A DNA stretch of 64,000 nucleotides from Blastocatellia bacterium (GTDB taxonomy: Bacteria; Acidobacteriota; Blastocatellia; RBC074): NCBI GenBank assembly GCA_043783625.1, contig JAYVZE010000017.1:2230-66229 (forward strand), given 5' to 3'. The notes under the pieces are model-generated. The model did not search any database, had not been told where the DNA came from, and saw only the letters and a list, made by a program, of their open reading frames with translations. Below are positions 1-9,771 of this stretch, in pieces. The first letter of the stretch is position 1, and each line of letters opens with the position of its first letter. The translations under genes and the position numbers were made by a program.

Positions 1-887
1 TTTCTAAGCTTTCGTCCAATCTCAGTGCGTTGAGCTATTCAACGTTTATCGGTGGCACGAACATGGATTACGGGCAGGCGATAGCTGTTGACAGTGGATT
101 GATTTACGTCACTGGCAGCACGCAATCCACCAACTTTCCATTCTCTGCGGATGCGTTTGATAACAAGCTGACAGGGCTTGCCCCCGTAGATGCTTTTTAT
201 GTCAAACTTGATCCCGCCACAGGTACAGCGGGGTTGAAATACAGCACATTTTTAGGTGGGAATGGACGTGAGTACGCATACGGAATCGCCGTGCAAGCAG
301 GTGGAACAGGCGTTTACATCACAGGGCGTTCGCATTCCGCGACAGTTTCAAATGTGGCGTATTCTTCCACTTCAAATGGATTTCCGGTCACGGCGAATGC
401 CGCGCAGACAGTGCAAAAAGGCGCGGGAGATGTTTTCCTGACGCGCTTTAATGCAGCGGGGAAGATCATTTATTCCACCTTCATCGGCGGCTCTGATTAT
501 GATACGGGGTACGGAATTTCGCTGGTTGGGAACGATGCTTTTATCGTGGGCGAGACAGATTCTTCTGACCTTGCAACAGTGGATGCGATAGATGGAAATT
601 TGCCCGGAACAGATGGCTTCATCGCCCGCATCAGCCCGGATGGATTAGGTGCGGCGGATGTGAAATATCTGACCTATTTCGGCGGCGGCGCACCGGATTA
701 TCAAGACGGGAATGCTGACAGCATTCGCGGACTTGCACTTCCACCGACGACGGCAAGAGCTTACATCGTAGGCTTTACCAATTCCTCCGCTTCGCAAAGC
801 TTTTTTCCTGTGAAGCCGCTGGGTTCTGCCTATCAGGAAGATTTGGCGGGAGGATTTGACGCTTTCGTCGCACGAATCAATCCGTAA
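1..887 (+). CDS. SBBP beta-propeller repeat protein, C-terminal part. The gene is truncated at its 5' end by the window edge: the frame is open from nt 3.
   Basis: Repeated 'YSTF(I/L)GG', 'YITG.T.S..FP', 'DAF(V/L)(A/T)(K/R)(I/L)' motifs typical of SBBP (PF06739-like) repeats. No stop upstream in frame. TTG at 30 is only the first start-like codon. Confidence 0.55.
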   Translation, partial: SKLSSNLSALSYSTFIGGTNMDYGQAIAVDSGLIYVTGSTQSTNFPFSADAFDNKLTGLAPVDAFYVKLDPATGTAGLKYSTFLGGNGREYAYGIAVQAGGTGVYITGRSHSATVSNVAYSSTSNGFPVTANAAQTVQKGAGDVFLTRFNAAGKIIYSTFIGGSDYDTGYGISLVGNDAFIVGETDSSDLATVDAIDGNLPGTDGFIARISPDGLGAADVKYLTYFGGGAPDYQDGNADSIRGLALPPTTARAYIVGFTNSSASQSFFPVKPLGSAYQEDLAGGFDAFVARINP

Positions 888-906
888 GGAAAAGGGAACG
901 CCTTTA

Positions 907-1010
907 CTGGGAGCGCCCGCATCCTGCGGGCGAATCCGTGCAATAGATATACCTTGCATCGCAGGGATTTGCTCGCCACGGATTCGCCCGCAGGATGCGG
1001 GCGTTCCCAG
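907..1010. repeat. Composite REP-like palindrome: two inverted copies of the unit TTCGCCCGCAGGATGCGGGCG(T/C)TCCCAG forming a 27-bp stem (plus extension) around a loop of about 35 nt. It lies between convergent genes and is a probable bidirectional terminator.
   Basis: Arm 915-941 is the exact reverse complement of arm 977-1003. The same unit recurs at 26710-26737 and 35898-35919. Confidence 0.7.
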
Positions 1011-1023
1011 TAGTTCCCAGCTC

Positions 1024-3885
1024 TTACTTCACAAAAATCTGCACTGTATTTGTAACCTTGCCATCCACTGTTAACCCGATGTCAATTAATCCGCTGCCAA
1101 TCAGACTGCGCGGAAGTAATATGTTGACCTGATCTAATCCGACATATCCATTTTGCGAACCCGCATACTCAACCGGCAACGTGAGATTTCCAATTCTGGC
1201 TGTTACCAGATTCAAACTGCTGCGGAGACGAATTCCAGTTCCGTAAAGCACCAGAAAAGCCTGTTCATTCGGGTTGCTCAAATCAATTGGCAGCGCGGCA
1301 AATTGTCCACGCGAAAAATCGAATTTTACGATGGACTCAAAGGCGGTCGAAGCACTGTGTTGTATCTGTGCCGCTGCTAAACCTTTGCCCGTTGAATCCG
1401 CTGAAAACAAGCTCGGAGCCACGGTCACAATTTCAATCGTCGAGAGCGAAACACTGCCAGTACTGCTCAAAATCGTAATCGTCGCCATTCCCGAAGCTGT
1501 GCCCGATGGAATTTGAAAATTAATCTGGGTTGGCGAAGTAAAGAAAATCGGGGCGTCGCGTTCGACTCCCAAACTATCTTTGACCTTGACCGAAGTCCCG
1601 CCAAGATTCGTTGGCAGTGGAATGGCATTTGCACTTTGCGTCGTGGTTGATAGCTCTGCGCCGAAGGCTGAAGCGATGCCTTCACACGCGATTTTCGCTC
1701 CGAGATAACTCGCTGCCGACACCGTAGTCGCTACACGCGGCGCACTTAATTTCATCAAATACACGGCAGCGATCTCAGTTTGAAAAGCATTTGTGGTTGG
1801 ATGAAAAGCTTCCGAAGCCGATCCCGTTAGATAAATATTTCCATTGCGATCCAACGCAATTTTTTCGGGAACTCCTTGTGACAAATACGTTGATTCAACG
1901 ATGGCAGAGCCGGTTGCATTGAGCTTCGTCACAAAGCCACCCGTTTGATTGATGGTTACAGGTATTCCCGTTTGCGGAAAATCCGGTGAATTCGTTAAGC
2001 CTGTGACGATGGTGTTTCCAGCGAGATCAATCGCCAATGCTGTCGCGTAATCAGCGGTATTCGCGCCTGTGCCGCCGAGGTAGGTTGAATACGCGAGTGC
2101 GCTGCCATTCGCATTTAATTTCGTCACAAATGCTTCACCACCGTCATCGGCATTGGCTCCAAAATTTTTTCTGAAAGCGTTGGCTGTGACCGGAAAAGTT
2201 TTGGAACGCGTGAAGCCTGTCAGGTAGGCACTGCCCGCTGCATCAATCCCGAATCCAAAGGGCGGAAGGCTGCTGTTGACCGTTCCAATCAGGGCTGAAT
2301 AAAGGAGTGCTGTGCCGTTTGGGTTAACTTTGGCAGCAAAGGCGTAGACGGGAATAAATTCTCCAAGTCCGCGCGTATCAGTTGTCTGATATGAATTCGC
2401 CATCGTCGGAAAAATGGTTCCTTGCGGGCGTGTCACCCCGACGATGCCGTTGCTCGTCGCTCCGCCAACGTACGCATTTCCCGCCGCATCAACAGCAATT
2501 CCCATCCCTTTATCGGTATTGTCTCCACCGCCGAGATAGGTTGAATAAACGATTTGTGAACCGCTGGCATTGAGCTTGGTGACGAACGCATCCTGCGACG
2601 GCAACCCTTTATACGTTGTCATTGTTGGTTGCAATGCATTCGGCGTCGTCGGGAAATCAGAGACATTCGTATCTCCCGTGATGTAGGCGTTGCCGTTCGC
2701 ATCTACGGCGATGGCACGGGCGACAGTTAATTTTTTTTCTGAAATTTGAGTGGCTTCACCTTTGACGTAGGTCGAATAAATCAACGCGCTTCCTTGTGGA
2801 TTTATTTTCGTCACGAAGGCGTTGGAACAGGTTCCGCAGGCGATGCCGAAATCAGTTTGAAAAGCTCCTGCTGTGGTTGGAAATAAAGACGAATTCGTCT
2901 TGCCCGCCATATAGCAATTCCCGCTGCTATCAACGGTAATTCCGTACGCCTGATCCAGCTCGCCACTACCGATAACCGCTGAATACAGTACTGCCGTTCC
3001 GCTTGGGTTTATTTTTGAAATTGAAATCATCGAACCGCTTTGCACGGCTCCATTGGTGGCAGGAACGCCGAAAGTTCGTGCGATGTAAGCGTTGCCCTGC
3101 GCGTCTGTGGCAATCACTGGCGACGAATTCAGGTCTTCGCCAACGTAACTGGCATAGCTGATAACCGGATCAATAATCAACGGAAAATCCAGCGAATAAT
3201 CGCCAACTGCAAAACCAATTTCATTATTTTTTAAAAGGGTGTAATCCGCTGCGACTGAAATTTTTTCACCGTGAATAATTTGATATGCAACTGGTTTTCG
3301 TTGAATCATTTCAGCCGTGGGATTTTTCAAGACCAGTTCGCCATCGTGATTGATGAAGATAGTTTCCGCTTCGTCGAATTTAAATTTAATGCTGTGTGGC
3401 TTGCTGTGAGGTGCGACGATGAAGTCGTATTCCAGCTCCCGATCATTGCCGTAAAATAACAGGTCAATGCCGGGAAATATTTTTTCATAACGAACTTTTT
3501 CAAAATTAGAAACGCTCGTTGTCCATTGCTTCGGATCAGTACCGACAAAGTAATTACTTCGTTTTTCTAATAAATCTTCGCCGGAAATTTTTGGAGTTGG
3601 ATTACTGCTGATCCAACGCATCGTTAATGAATGATGTGCACTGGATTCCAATTTTGCCGAAGTCTTCTCTAAGTATAAGGTCGCCTGCGCTCCGCGTGCG
3701 ATATATCGAACGTCGGGCGCAGACTGACCTTGATTGCGCTCGAAGGCGAGCGGGATTTGTGAATGTGTGGTGGTGTGAAGCGGTTTATTTTCAGGAGCCA
3801 AAGCCCCGATTCCAAACAGCAAAGCCGGGAAGATCAGATGAACTACTCGCAAGCATTGCCGGACTGAATTGAGTTGTTCGAACAT
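1024..3885 (-). CDS. Secreted SBBP beta-propeller repeat protein (953 aa) with the Solibacter-type C-terminal domain.
   Basis: N-terminal hydrophobic signal, then 'PLAFERNQGQ' N-domain, then about 12 SBBP-type repeats (NAYI(T/A)G.T...FPTT). The C-terminus 'SAASYLGAKIA...PTQINFQIP...APSLFSADSTGKGLAAAQ...YAGSQNGYVGLDQVNILLP' matches the TIGR03437 Soli_cterm pattern. Confidence 0.7.
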   Translation of the reverse strand: MFEQLNSVRQCLRVVHLIFPALLFGIGALAPENKPLHTTTHSQIPLAFERNQGQSAPDVRYIARGAQATLYLEKTSAKLESSAHHSLTMRWISSNPTPKISGEDLLEKRSNYFVGTDPKQWTTSVSNFEKVRYEKIFPGIDLLFYGNDRELEYDFIVAPHSKPHSIKFKFDEAETIFINHDGELVLKNPTAEMIQRKPVAYQIIHGEKISVAADYTLLKNNEIGFAVGDYSLDFPLIIDPVISYASYVGEDLNSSPVIATDAQGNAYIARTFGVPATNGAVQSGSMISISKINPSGTAVLYSAVIGSGELDQAYGITVDSSGNCYMAGKTNSSLFPTTAGAFQTDFGIACGTCSNAFVTKINPQGSALIYSTYVKGEATQISEKKLTVARAIAVDANGNAYITGDTNVSDFPTTPNALQPTMTTYKGLPSQDAFVTKLNASGSQIVYSTYLGGGDNTDKGMGIAVDAAGNAYVGGATSNGIVGVTRPQGTIFPTMANSYQTTDTRGLGEFIPVYAFAAKVNPNGTALLYSALIGTVNSSLPPFGFGIDAAGSAYLTGFTRSKTFPVTANAFRKNFGANADDGGEAFVTKLNANGSALAYSTYLGGTGANTADYATALAIDLAGNTIVTGLTNSPDFPQTGIPVTINQTGGFVTKLNATGSAIVESTYLSQGVPEKIALDRNGNIYLTGSASEAFHPTTNAFQTEIAAVYLMKLSAPRVATTVSAASYLGAKIACEGIASAFGAELSTTTQSANAIPLPTNLGGTSVKVKDSLGVERDAPIFFTSPTQINFQIPSGTASGMATITILSSTGSVSLSTIEIVTVAPSLFSADSTGKGLAAAQIQHSASTAFESIVKFDFSRGQFAALPIDLSNPNEQAFLVLYGTGIRLRSSLNLVTARIGNLTLPVEYAGSQNGYVGLDQVNILLPRSLIGSGLIDIGLTVDGKVTNTVQIFVK

Positions 3886-4250
3886 ATTTTTCCAATGAAC
3901 TAAACCGCGAGGAAGCGGCGTAAAAAGCTGAATTGTCCAGTGAAAATAAGAAAAAGGCGTGAATAGGCTGTCCGAAAAACTTTACGTTTGTCGTGAGTCG
4001 TTCTAATAGAATTCGTCTTCTACGAAACAATTTTGCCGGTTGTGAGGAAGACTTTTATTCCGGCTGAGAGCTTGCCACAGTTTTTGAAGCGAGGTCAATA
4101 GAAATTTTGCCGGAAGAATTCATTGATTGCGGATGTGTCATATATGCCCCGCTCTTACTCAGTTTTGATTTTTGGCGCGACTCCTCAAAATCTCTCAGAA
4201 CCTCCGCGCTGATAAAAAATATTCGACTATGCACCGGCAATGTTTAGTCT

Positions 4251-7200
4251 ATGAAACGAATTTTTCTTTTTGTATTTCTCTTCACTTTAACCGTTTTCGC
4301 GGTCATTAATTCCTTTGCTCAAACCAGTAACTCAACCGCAGATTTCGATCTTCGCGCCGGAGCGAAACCTAAGCGGACAGCCGTTTTTAATCCTTCAAAA
4401 TCTGAATCGTCTGTGTTGCAAAAGGCTGAATCTATTGCGCGAAATTTTCTCAATCGAAGCTCCACCGCTGAGCTTGCATTAGTTCGTGAAGACCGGACGA
4501 ATCGAATGACGCACTTGTCTTTCCGGCAAAACGTGAATGGAATCGAAATTTTTCAGCCACCGATTCGCGTCCATTTGGATTCTAACGGCGAGATCATTGC
4601 TGCCGATGGCGCAGTTTTTGAAAATGCTTTACGTCTGGCTGAAAGCGCAAAAGTAAAAATAAATGCTGTGCAGGCGCAACAAATTGCGACTGAAAAAACA
4701 GGTCTTAAAATTAGTAATTCCCGCGCTTCTGAATCCAGCAACGAGGCTCGCTTGCTATATTTTCCGCTCAGCGCTGACCGCTTGATTCTGGCGTGGGAGC
4801 AAATTATTTGGGCGACCGGAACACCCGATGCGTATTACATTTTAGTAGATGCCAAACGTGGATCAATTTTATTTCGGCGCAATCTGACCAGCTACGAATC
4901 CGATCCGCATGGGCTGATATTCAACGCAGAAAGTCCGCGCCCGAATAATCCGAATACGACAAATTCGCCCGCCTTTATTGATCGAAATGATCTTGCCTTT
5001 AATGGTTCGCTAAATTTTCCAATGAGCGACCCGCATTTTAATTGGTGGGCGGGAGCCACTCCCGACAGCCTGATAAGCAACAGCGTAGACGCGCATCTTG
5101 ACCGCAATAACGATAATTTGCCCGACGCTCCAACGCTGAAAATTCTCAACCTGAACTTTTCTTTTCCGCTGGATTTTATTAAATCCGCCACTGATTCCGA
5201 CAACCAAAAAGCCGCGCAGGTAAATTTATTTTATTGGATTAATCGCTTTCACGACATTTTGTACAACTACGGATTCACCGAATCGGCAGGAAATTTTCAA
5301 GCCAACAATTTCAACTTCGGAGGCAAGGGAAATGACGCGATTCAGGCAGATGCGCAGGATGGCAGCGGGGTAAATAATGCGAATTTCACGACGCCGCCGG
5401 ATGGCAGAGCGGGACGCGTCCAAATGTTTTTGTGGAATGGTTCGCCGCAACTGGATGGCAGCTTCGATCAATCTGTCATTCTGCATGAATTAACGCATGG
5501 AGTCAGCGGGCGTTTGATCGGCGATGGGCTGGGACTCGGCGGAATGCAGGCGCGTGGGATGGGCGAAGGCTGGTCGGATTTTGTTGCGTTGGCTTTGCTG
5601 CGAAAGGCTTCTGACCCGGTTGATGGCGCGTATTTGATTGCGCAATACGCGACGAATAATTACGTGCATGGCTTGCGGCAATTTCCTTACAGCACAGACC
5701 TGAATATTTCTCCGATGACGTTCGGGCGGATTTTTACGAATCCAACCCCGCATTCTGTTGGTGAAATCTGGTGCGCTACATTATGGGATTTCCGCGCTTT
5801 GCTAATTAAAAAATACGGCTTTGAAGAAGGGCAGAAACAAAGTTTGCAACTGGTGATTGACGGGATGAAACTGACTCCGGTGGAGCCAAGTTTCATCGAA
5901 GCACGCGATGCAATTTTGTTGGCGGATAAGGTCAACAATAACGGTTCCAATCAATGTTTATTATGGGAAGCTTTCGCCAGGCGCGGATTGGGATTTTCGG
6001 CGAAGACGTTGGACACTAATGATCGTCGCCCGGTTGAATCTTTTGATGCGGCTCCATTTTGCAGCGACCTTGCGACGCTGAAGCTCGATCAAAATAATTA
6101 CGTTAACGGCGAAATAATGAACATCACGCTCTCGGATCGCAACGCAAAAGCTCCGGTGAAAGTGACAGTGAAAAGTTCAATCACGAATGACAAAGAAGAA
6201 ATTTTACTCAGGGCAGATGTCGCACAAACTGGTATTTTTCGCGGCGTCGTAAAAATCTCAGAATCACGCGCAGTCAATAATGACAGGGTTTTGCAGGCTT
6301 CGACGAAAGTGCAAGACCTTTTGATCGTGAGTTATCAGGATGCCGACAGTACCTCGCCAGTCATCGCACAGGCCGCGATCAGCCGTGAACAAATTCTTTT
6401 CGCGGATAACGTCGAACGCGGGAATCAGGGCTGGAGCGGAAAATGGGCCATCACTGCCACGGCGTCTGCCTCTTCAACGCATTCGTGGAGCGATAGCCCC
6501 AATGGAAATTACACCGATAAATCTGAGGCTTCGTTGCTTTCGCCATCGTTTGATCTGACGAAATACAGTGATGTTTATTTGTTGATTTCGCATCGTTACG
6601 AATTCGAGAATCGTTATGATTATGGCTATGTCGAGTATTCAATTGATGATGTAAACTGGATTGACGCCGCTTCGTTCACGGATTCACAACTAAATTTTAC
6701 CCAATCTATCATCAATTTGAATGGACTCTCGAATCAATCAAACGCACGATTTCGTTTTCGTGTTTTGAGCGATGAAGCGGTTAATGCCGATGGCTGGTAC
6801 ATGGATGATATTCAACTTATCGGACGTAGTTCTGATCCGAATCTCATTTCACCGAATAGCGTTGATGTGCCTGTTATTACTGATGTTTCGCCCGCCTTTG
6901 GAGCTTCAACCGGAGGCGCAATAATTACGATTTCAGGCAGCGGCTTTACTACTGATACGAAGTTAAATTTTGGAAATGTTGCGGCGAGCAACGTGAAGAT
7001 AATTAGCAATGCAACGATCACGGCGATTGTTCCACCGCATTCAATCGGAGCTGTTCCGCTGATAATTTCTAATCGAAATGGCGGCTCATCGTTAAATAAT
7101 GGCTTCACGTATTGGGACGGAAGCGAAACAAATGTGCCGGGAAAATTTGCCGAAATTTGCCCGGCTTCCGGTTCCTTGCGCGGAGGCATGCGCGTCACAG

Positions 7201-9611
7201 TGTTCGGCGAAAATTTTACGCCTGACGTGAAATTAACGCTGGCTTCAAAGCCTGTTGATACGGAGTTCATTAACGCGAACGCGCTGCGATTTATCACGCC
7301 AGCTTCGGATCAACCCGGTCGCGTAAATTTAGGAATTAACGCGCCATCTTTTCAATTGGCAGTTTTTAATGCTTTCAATTACGTCGCCTCGATTCCGCCA
7401 ATGGTGAAAATTCTCAGTCAGCCCGATACGGTTTATTCGGGGTCTGCGATTGGCATTTTCTGGCAATCTTCGGATGACACTTTCGTGACGAAACAACGCC
7501 TTGAATTACTTCATCAAGACGGAAGCGTAGCGCAGACTATCGCCAATGAAATTGGAGGTGAAACGCAATCCTTTGTCTGGAAAATCCCTTTAAATTTGTC
7601 GGCAACGAATGTCCGTCTTCGCCTGACTGCAACAGATGATGAAGAAAATTTTTCCAGTGCCGAATCCGCTAGTTTTGAAATCAGGCAACGCTGGAAAGCT
7701 GAGCCAAAAATCCCCGCCGTGAACTGGCAATTTCCGATGGTGAGCGATGAGAAGAATCTTTTTGCAATGGGAGGCATTGCGCAGGGAAGCACTGTTAATA
7801 CTGCATTTCGTTTCGATTCCGCGAGTGGCGTGTGGCATTCAATCGCTTCTATGCCGCTTGCAGTCAGTGGTACGGAAGCGGCATTTATCAAGGGCAAAAT
7901 TTATGTTCCGGGAGGCGTTCAGGAATCGGGGTTAGTCATCACAAATTTGCAGCTTTACGACATTGCTTCAAATAGTTGGTCACAAAAACTGGAAGCTCCG
8001 ACCGCTTCGCAATGGTTCGCTTTGGCGACGGAGACTGAGAACGGAATGATTTATCGCGTCGGTGGTTCACGCCGGAATTTCACGGCTCCGATTTCTGATG
8101 TTTTGGTGTATGACACGAAGGCGAATTCGTGGGAGCAGTTGCCCGAAATGCCGGAACCCCGCTACGGTCACGAAGCTGTTTTTATCAACGGAAAAATTTT
8201 GGTTGCAGGTGGCGCAAATCGTAGCGGTGGTCTGACGCGATGCTGGCAATACGACGTAAAGACAGGGCTTTGGTCACAAATAGCTGCAATGAATCAAGCG
8301 CGAAGATTTGCTGTTAGCGGGCTTGGCTCTGATGCTTCAGGTCGCCCGTTCTGGTTTGTTTTTGGCGGTGATGATCCGAATTCCTCACAGCCTTTAGCGG
8401 ACGGAGAAGCCTACGACATTAAAAATAATCGTTGGATTCAATTAGACGAATCGTTCAATTTTTCAGCCGGAAAAACTTCGGCGGCAGCGGCGATTTTGAA
8501 TAAACAATTGTACGTGGCAAGTGGTGCCAATCTGTCTGCCGACGGGCAATCTTTCGTCGTCAGCGATGCCGTAGAAAGCATTGGACTCAACGCCGTCACG
8601 ATCAGAAATATTGATGCTCCGCCGTCACTTTCAGCCCCGTCAACATTGGTTGGATTTGCTGGAAGAGAAATTATTGCAAATGTCTCTGCGAGTAATTTTG
8701 GAGCTTCAGCAGTAATGACTTTGACGGCTTCGGGAATACCGGAGCGTGCAGAATTTGTTACAACGCCGATTAGTAATAATAAGGTAAACGGAAGTCTGAA
8801 ATGGACTCCAAATCCTTCTGATGTTGGCAAGCAATTCACCGTGAATTTTTCTGTGACGAATGGTCAATTTACGGACACGAAAGCGGTCAACCTTCGTGTC
8901 GTGAACGCTGCTTCAATTGCTGTCGTAAATGCCGCAAATTATTACGGCGGAGCTTTGGCAAGTGATGCCATCGCCAGTGTTTTCGGGGCAAAGCTCAGCC
9001 CGCGCATTGAATCTGCGCAGGCTTTACCACTTCCACTTGAGATAGCTGGCACATCAATTACAGTCAATGGAATCGCTGCGCAACTGCTGTATGTTTCCAG
9101 CGATCAAATTAATTTTGTGCTGCCAAAAAATCTCGCAGCAGGGGTGGCTACAATTATCGTCAAAAATATTTATGGAGAATATTCGAGGGGAACGGTCACG
9201 TTGGCGGCAGCGACACCGGGGATTTTTACGCGTGATTCGTCAGGGCGAGGGGAAGCCTCCGCAACTGCTTCGGCGGATGGAATTCATTATCAATCTGCGC
9301 CATACAGTCTGACGGTTAATGGTCAGCCGAATTATTTGTCGTTGTTTGGAACGGGATTTCGCGGATCGGCGGCGGTGAATCCTGACGATGAAAATGGTGT
9401 GGCCGAATCCGTCACAGCGACCATTGGCGGCGTTCCTGTGCGTGTACTTTACGCCGGAGCGCAGGGCTATTTCGTCGGCGTAGACCAAATCAACGTAGAG
9501 CTTCCGCGCGAATTATCAAACCGCCTGAATCCCGGCGTAAATCAATTTGAAGCGGTCATTTCAGTGAATGGAATCGAAGCCAATCACGTGATGGTCAGTA
9601 TTCAAAAGTAG
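4251..9611 (+). CDS. Secreted multidomain M36 (fungalysin-like) zinc metalloprotease, 1,786 aa. Domain order: signal, FTP/PepSY-like propeptide, M36 catalytic domain, MAM/CUB-like beta-sandwich, 3x IPT/TIG, Kelch beta-propeller, Ig-like, Soli_cterm domain.
   Basis: HELTH zinc motif at nt 5484-5498 followed by 'GMGEGWSDF' (M36 signature). 'ITISGSGFTTDTKLNFGNVAAS'-type IPT repeats. Kelch-like 'GKIYVPGG ... YD..SNSW' blades. The C-terminus 'VVNAANYYGG...SDQINFVLP...TPGIFT...YAGAQGYFVGVDQINVELP' matches the TIGR03437 pattern. ATG at 4251 starts a clear signal peptide. Confidence 0.8.
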   Translation: MKRIFLFVFLFTLTVFAVINSFAQTSNSTADFDLRAGAKPKRTAVFNPSKSESSVLQKAESIARNFLNRSSTAELALVREDRTNRMTHLSFRQNVNGIEIFQPPIRVHLDSNGEIIAADGAVFENALRLAESAKVKINAVQAQQIATEKTGLKISNSRASESSNEARLLYFPLSADRLILAWEQIIWATGTPDAYYILVDAKRGSILFRRNLTSYESDPHGLIFNAESPRPNNPNTTNSPAFIDRNDLAFNGSLNFPMSDPHFNWWAGATPDSLISNSVDAHLDRNNDNLPDAPTLKILNLNFSFPLDFIKSATDSDNQKAAQVNLFYWINRFHDILYNYGFTESAGNFQANNFNFGGKGNDAIQADAQDGSGVNNANFTTPPDGRAGRVQMFLWNGSPQLDGSFDQSVILHELTHGVSGRLIGDGLGLGGMQARGMGEGWSDFVALALLRKASDPVDGAYLIAQYATNNYVHGLRQFPYSTDLNISPMTFGRIFTNPTPHSVGEIWCATLWDFRALLIKKYGFEEGQKQSLQLVIDGMKLTPVEPSFIEARDAILLADKVNNNGSNQCLLWEAFARRGLGFSAKTLDTNDRRPVESFDAAPFCSDLATLKLDQNNYVNGEIMNITLSDRNAKAPVKVTVKSSITNDKEEILLRADVAQTGIFRGVVKISESRAVNNDRVLQASTKVQDLLIVSYQDADSTSPVIAQAAISREQILFADNVERGNQGWSGKWAITATASASSTHSWSDSPNGNYTDKSEASLLSPSFDLTKYSDVYLLISHRYEFENRYDYGYVEYSIDDVNWIDAASFTDSQLNFTQSIINLNGLSNQSNARFRFRVLSDEAVNADGWYMDDIQLIGRSSDPNLISPNSVDVPVITDVSPAFGASTGGAIITISGSGFTTDTKLNFGNVAASNVKIISNATITAIVPPHSIGAVPLIISNRNGGSSLNNGFTYWDGSETNVPGKFAEICPASGSLRGGMRVTVFGENFTPDVKLTLASKPVDTEFINANALRFITPASDQPGRVNLGINAPSFQLAVFNAFNYVASIPPMVKILSQPDTVYSGSAIGIFWQSSDDTFVTKQRLELLHQDGSVAQTIANEIGGETQSFVWKIPLNLSATNVRLRLTATDDEENFSSAESASFEIRQRWKAEPKIPAVNWQFPMVSDEKNLFAMGGIAQGSTVNTAFRFDSASGVWHSIASMPLAVSGTEAAFIKGKIYVPGGVQESGLVITNLQLYDIASNSWSQKLEAPTASQWFALATETENGMIYRVGGSRRNFTAPISDVLVYDTKANSWEQLPEMPEPRYGHEAVFINGKILVAGGANRSGGLTRCWQYDVKTGLWSQIAAMNQARRFAVSGLGSDASGRPFWFVFGGDDPNSSQPLADGEAYDIKNNRWIQLDESFNFSAGKTSAAAAILNKQLYVASGANLSADGQSFVVSDAVESIGLNAVTIRNIDAPPSLSAPSTLVGFAGREIIANVSASNFGASAVMTLTASGIPERAEFVTTPISNNKVNGSLKWTPNPSDVGKQFTVNFSVTNGQFTDTKAVNLRVVNAASIAVVNAANYYGGALASDAIASVFGAKLSPRIESAQALPLPLEIAGTSITVNGIAAQLLYVSSDQINFVLPKNLAAGVATIIVKNIYGEYSRGTVTLAAATPGIFTRDSSGRGEASATASADGIHYQSAPYSLTVNGQPNYLSLFGTGFRGSAAVNPDDENGVAESVTATIGGVPVRVLYAGAQGYFVGVDQINVELPRELSNRLNPGVNQFEAVISVNGIEANHVMVSIQK

Positions 9612-9704
9612 CGTAACCATGGCTGGTTGCGCTACAGTAATTTTCTTTCCCCTAGCCTCAAAACTCCGCCCACCTTATAATCTTTTTTACTTTACGTTTA
9701 AGTT

Positions 9705-9730
9705 CCGCCCTTACTGCGTGCGGCTTCTGC
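9705..9730. repeat. Orphan half-copy (right arm only) of REP family 1 (CCGCCCTTACTGCGTGCGGCTTCTGC).
   Basis: Matches the right arm of the hairpins at 14958-15029, 18678-18747 and 57014-57083. No left arm was found upstream. Confidence 0.45.
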
Positions 9731-9771
9731 ATTTTATAATTTCTGAAAGGTGTTGGAATTTTCCTGTAGCA

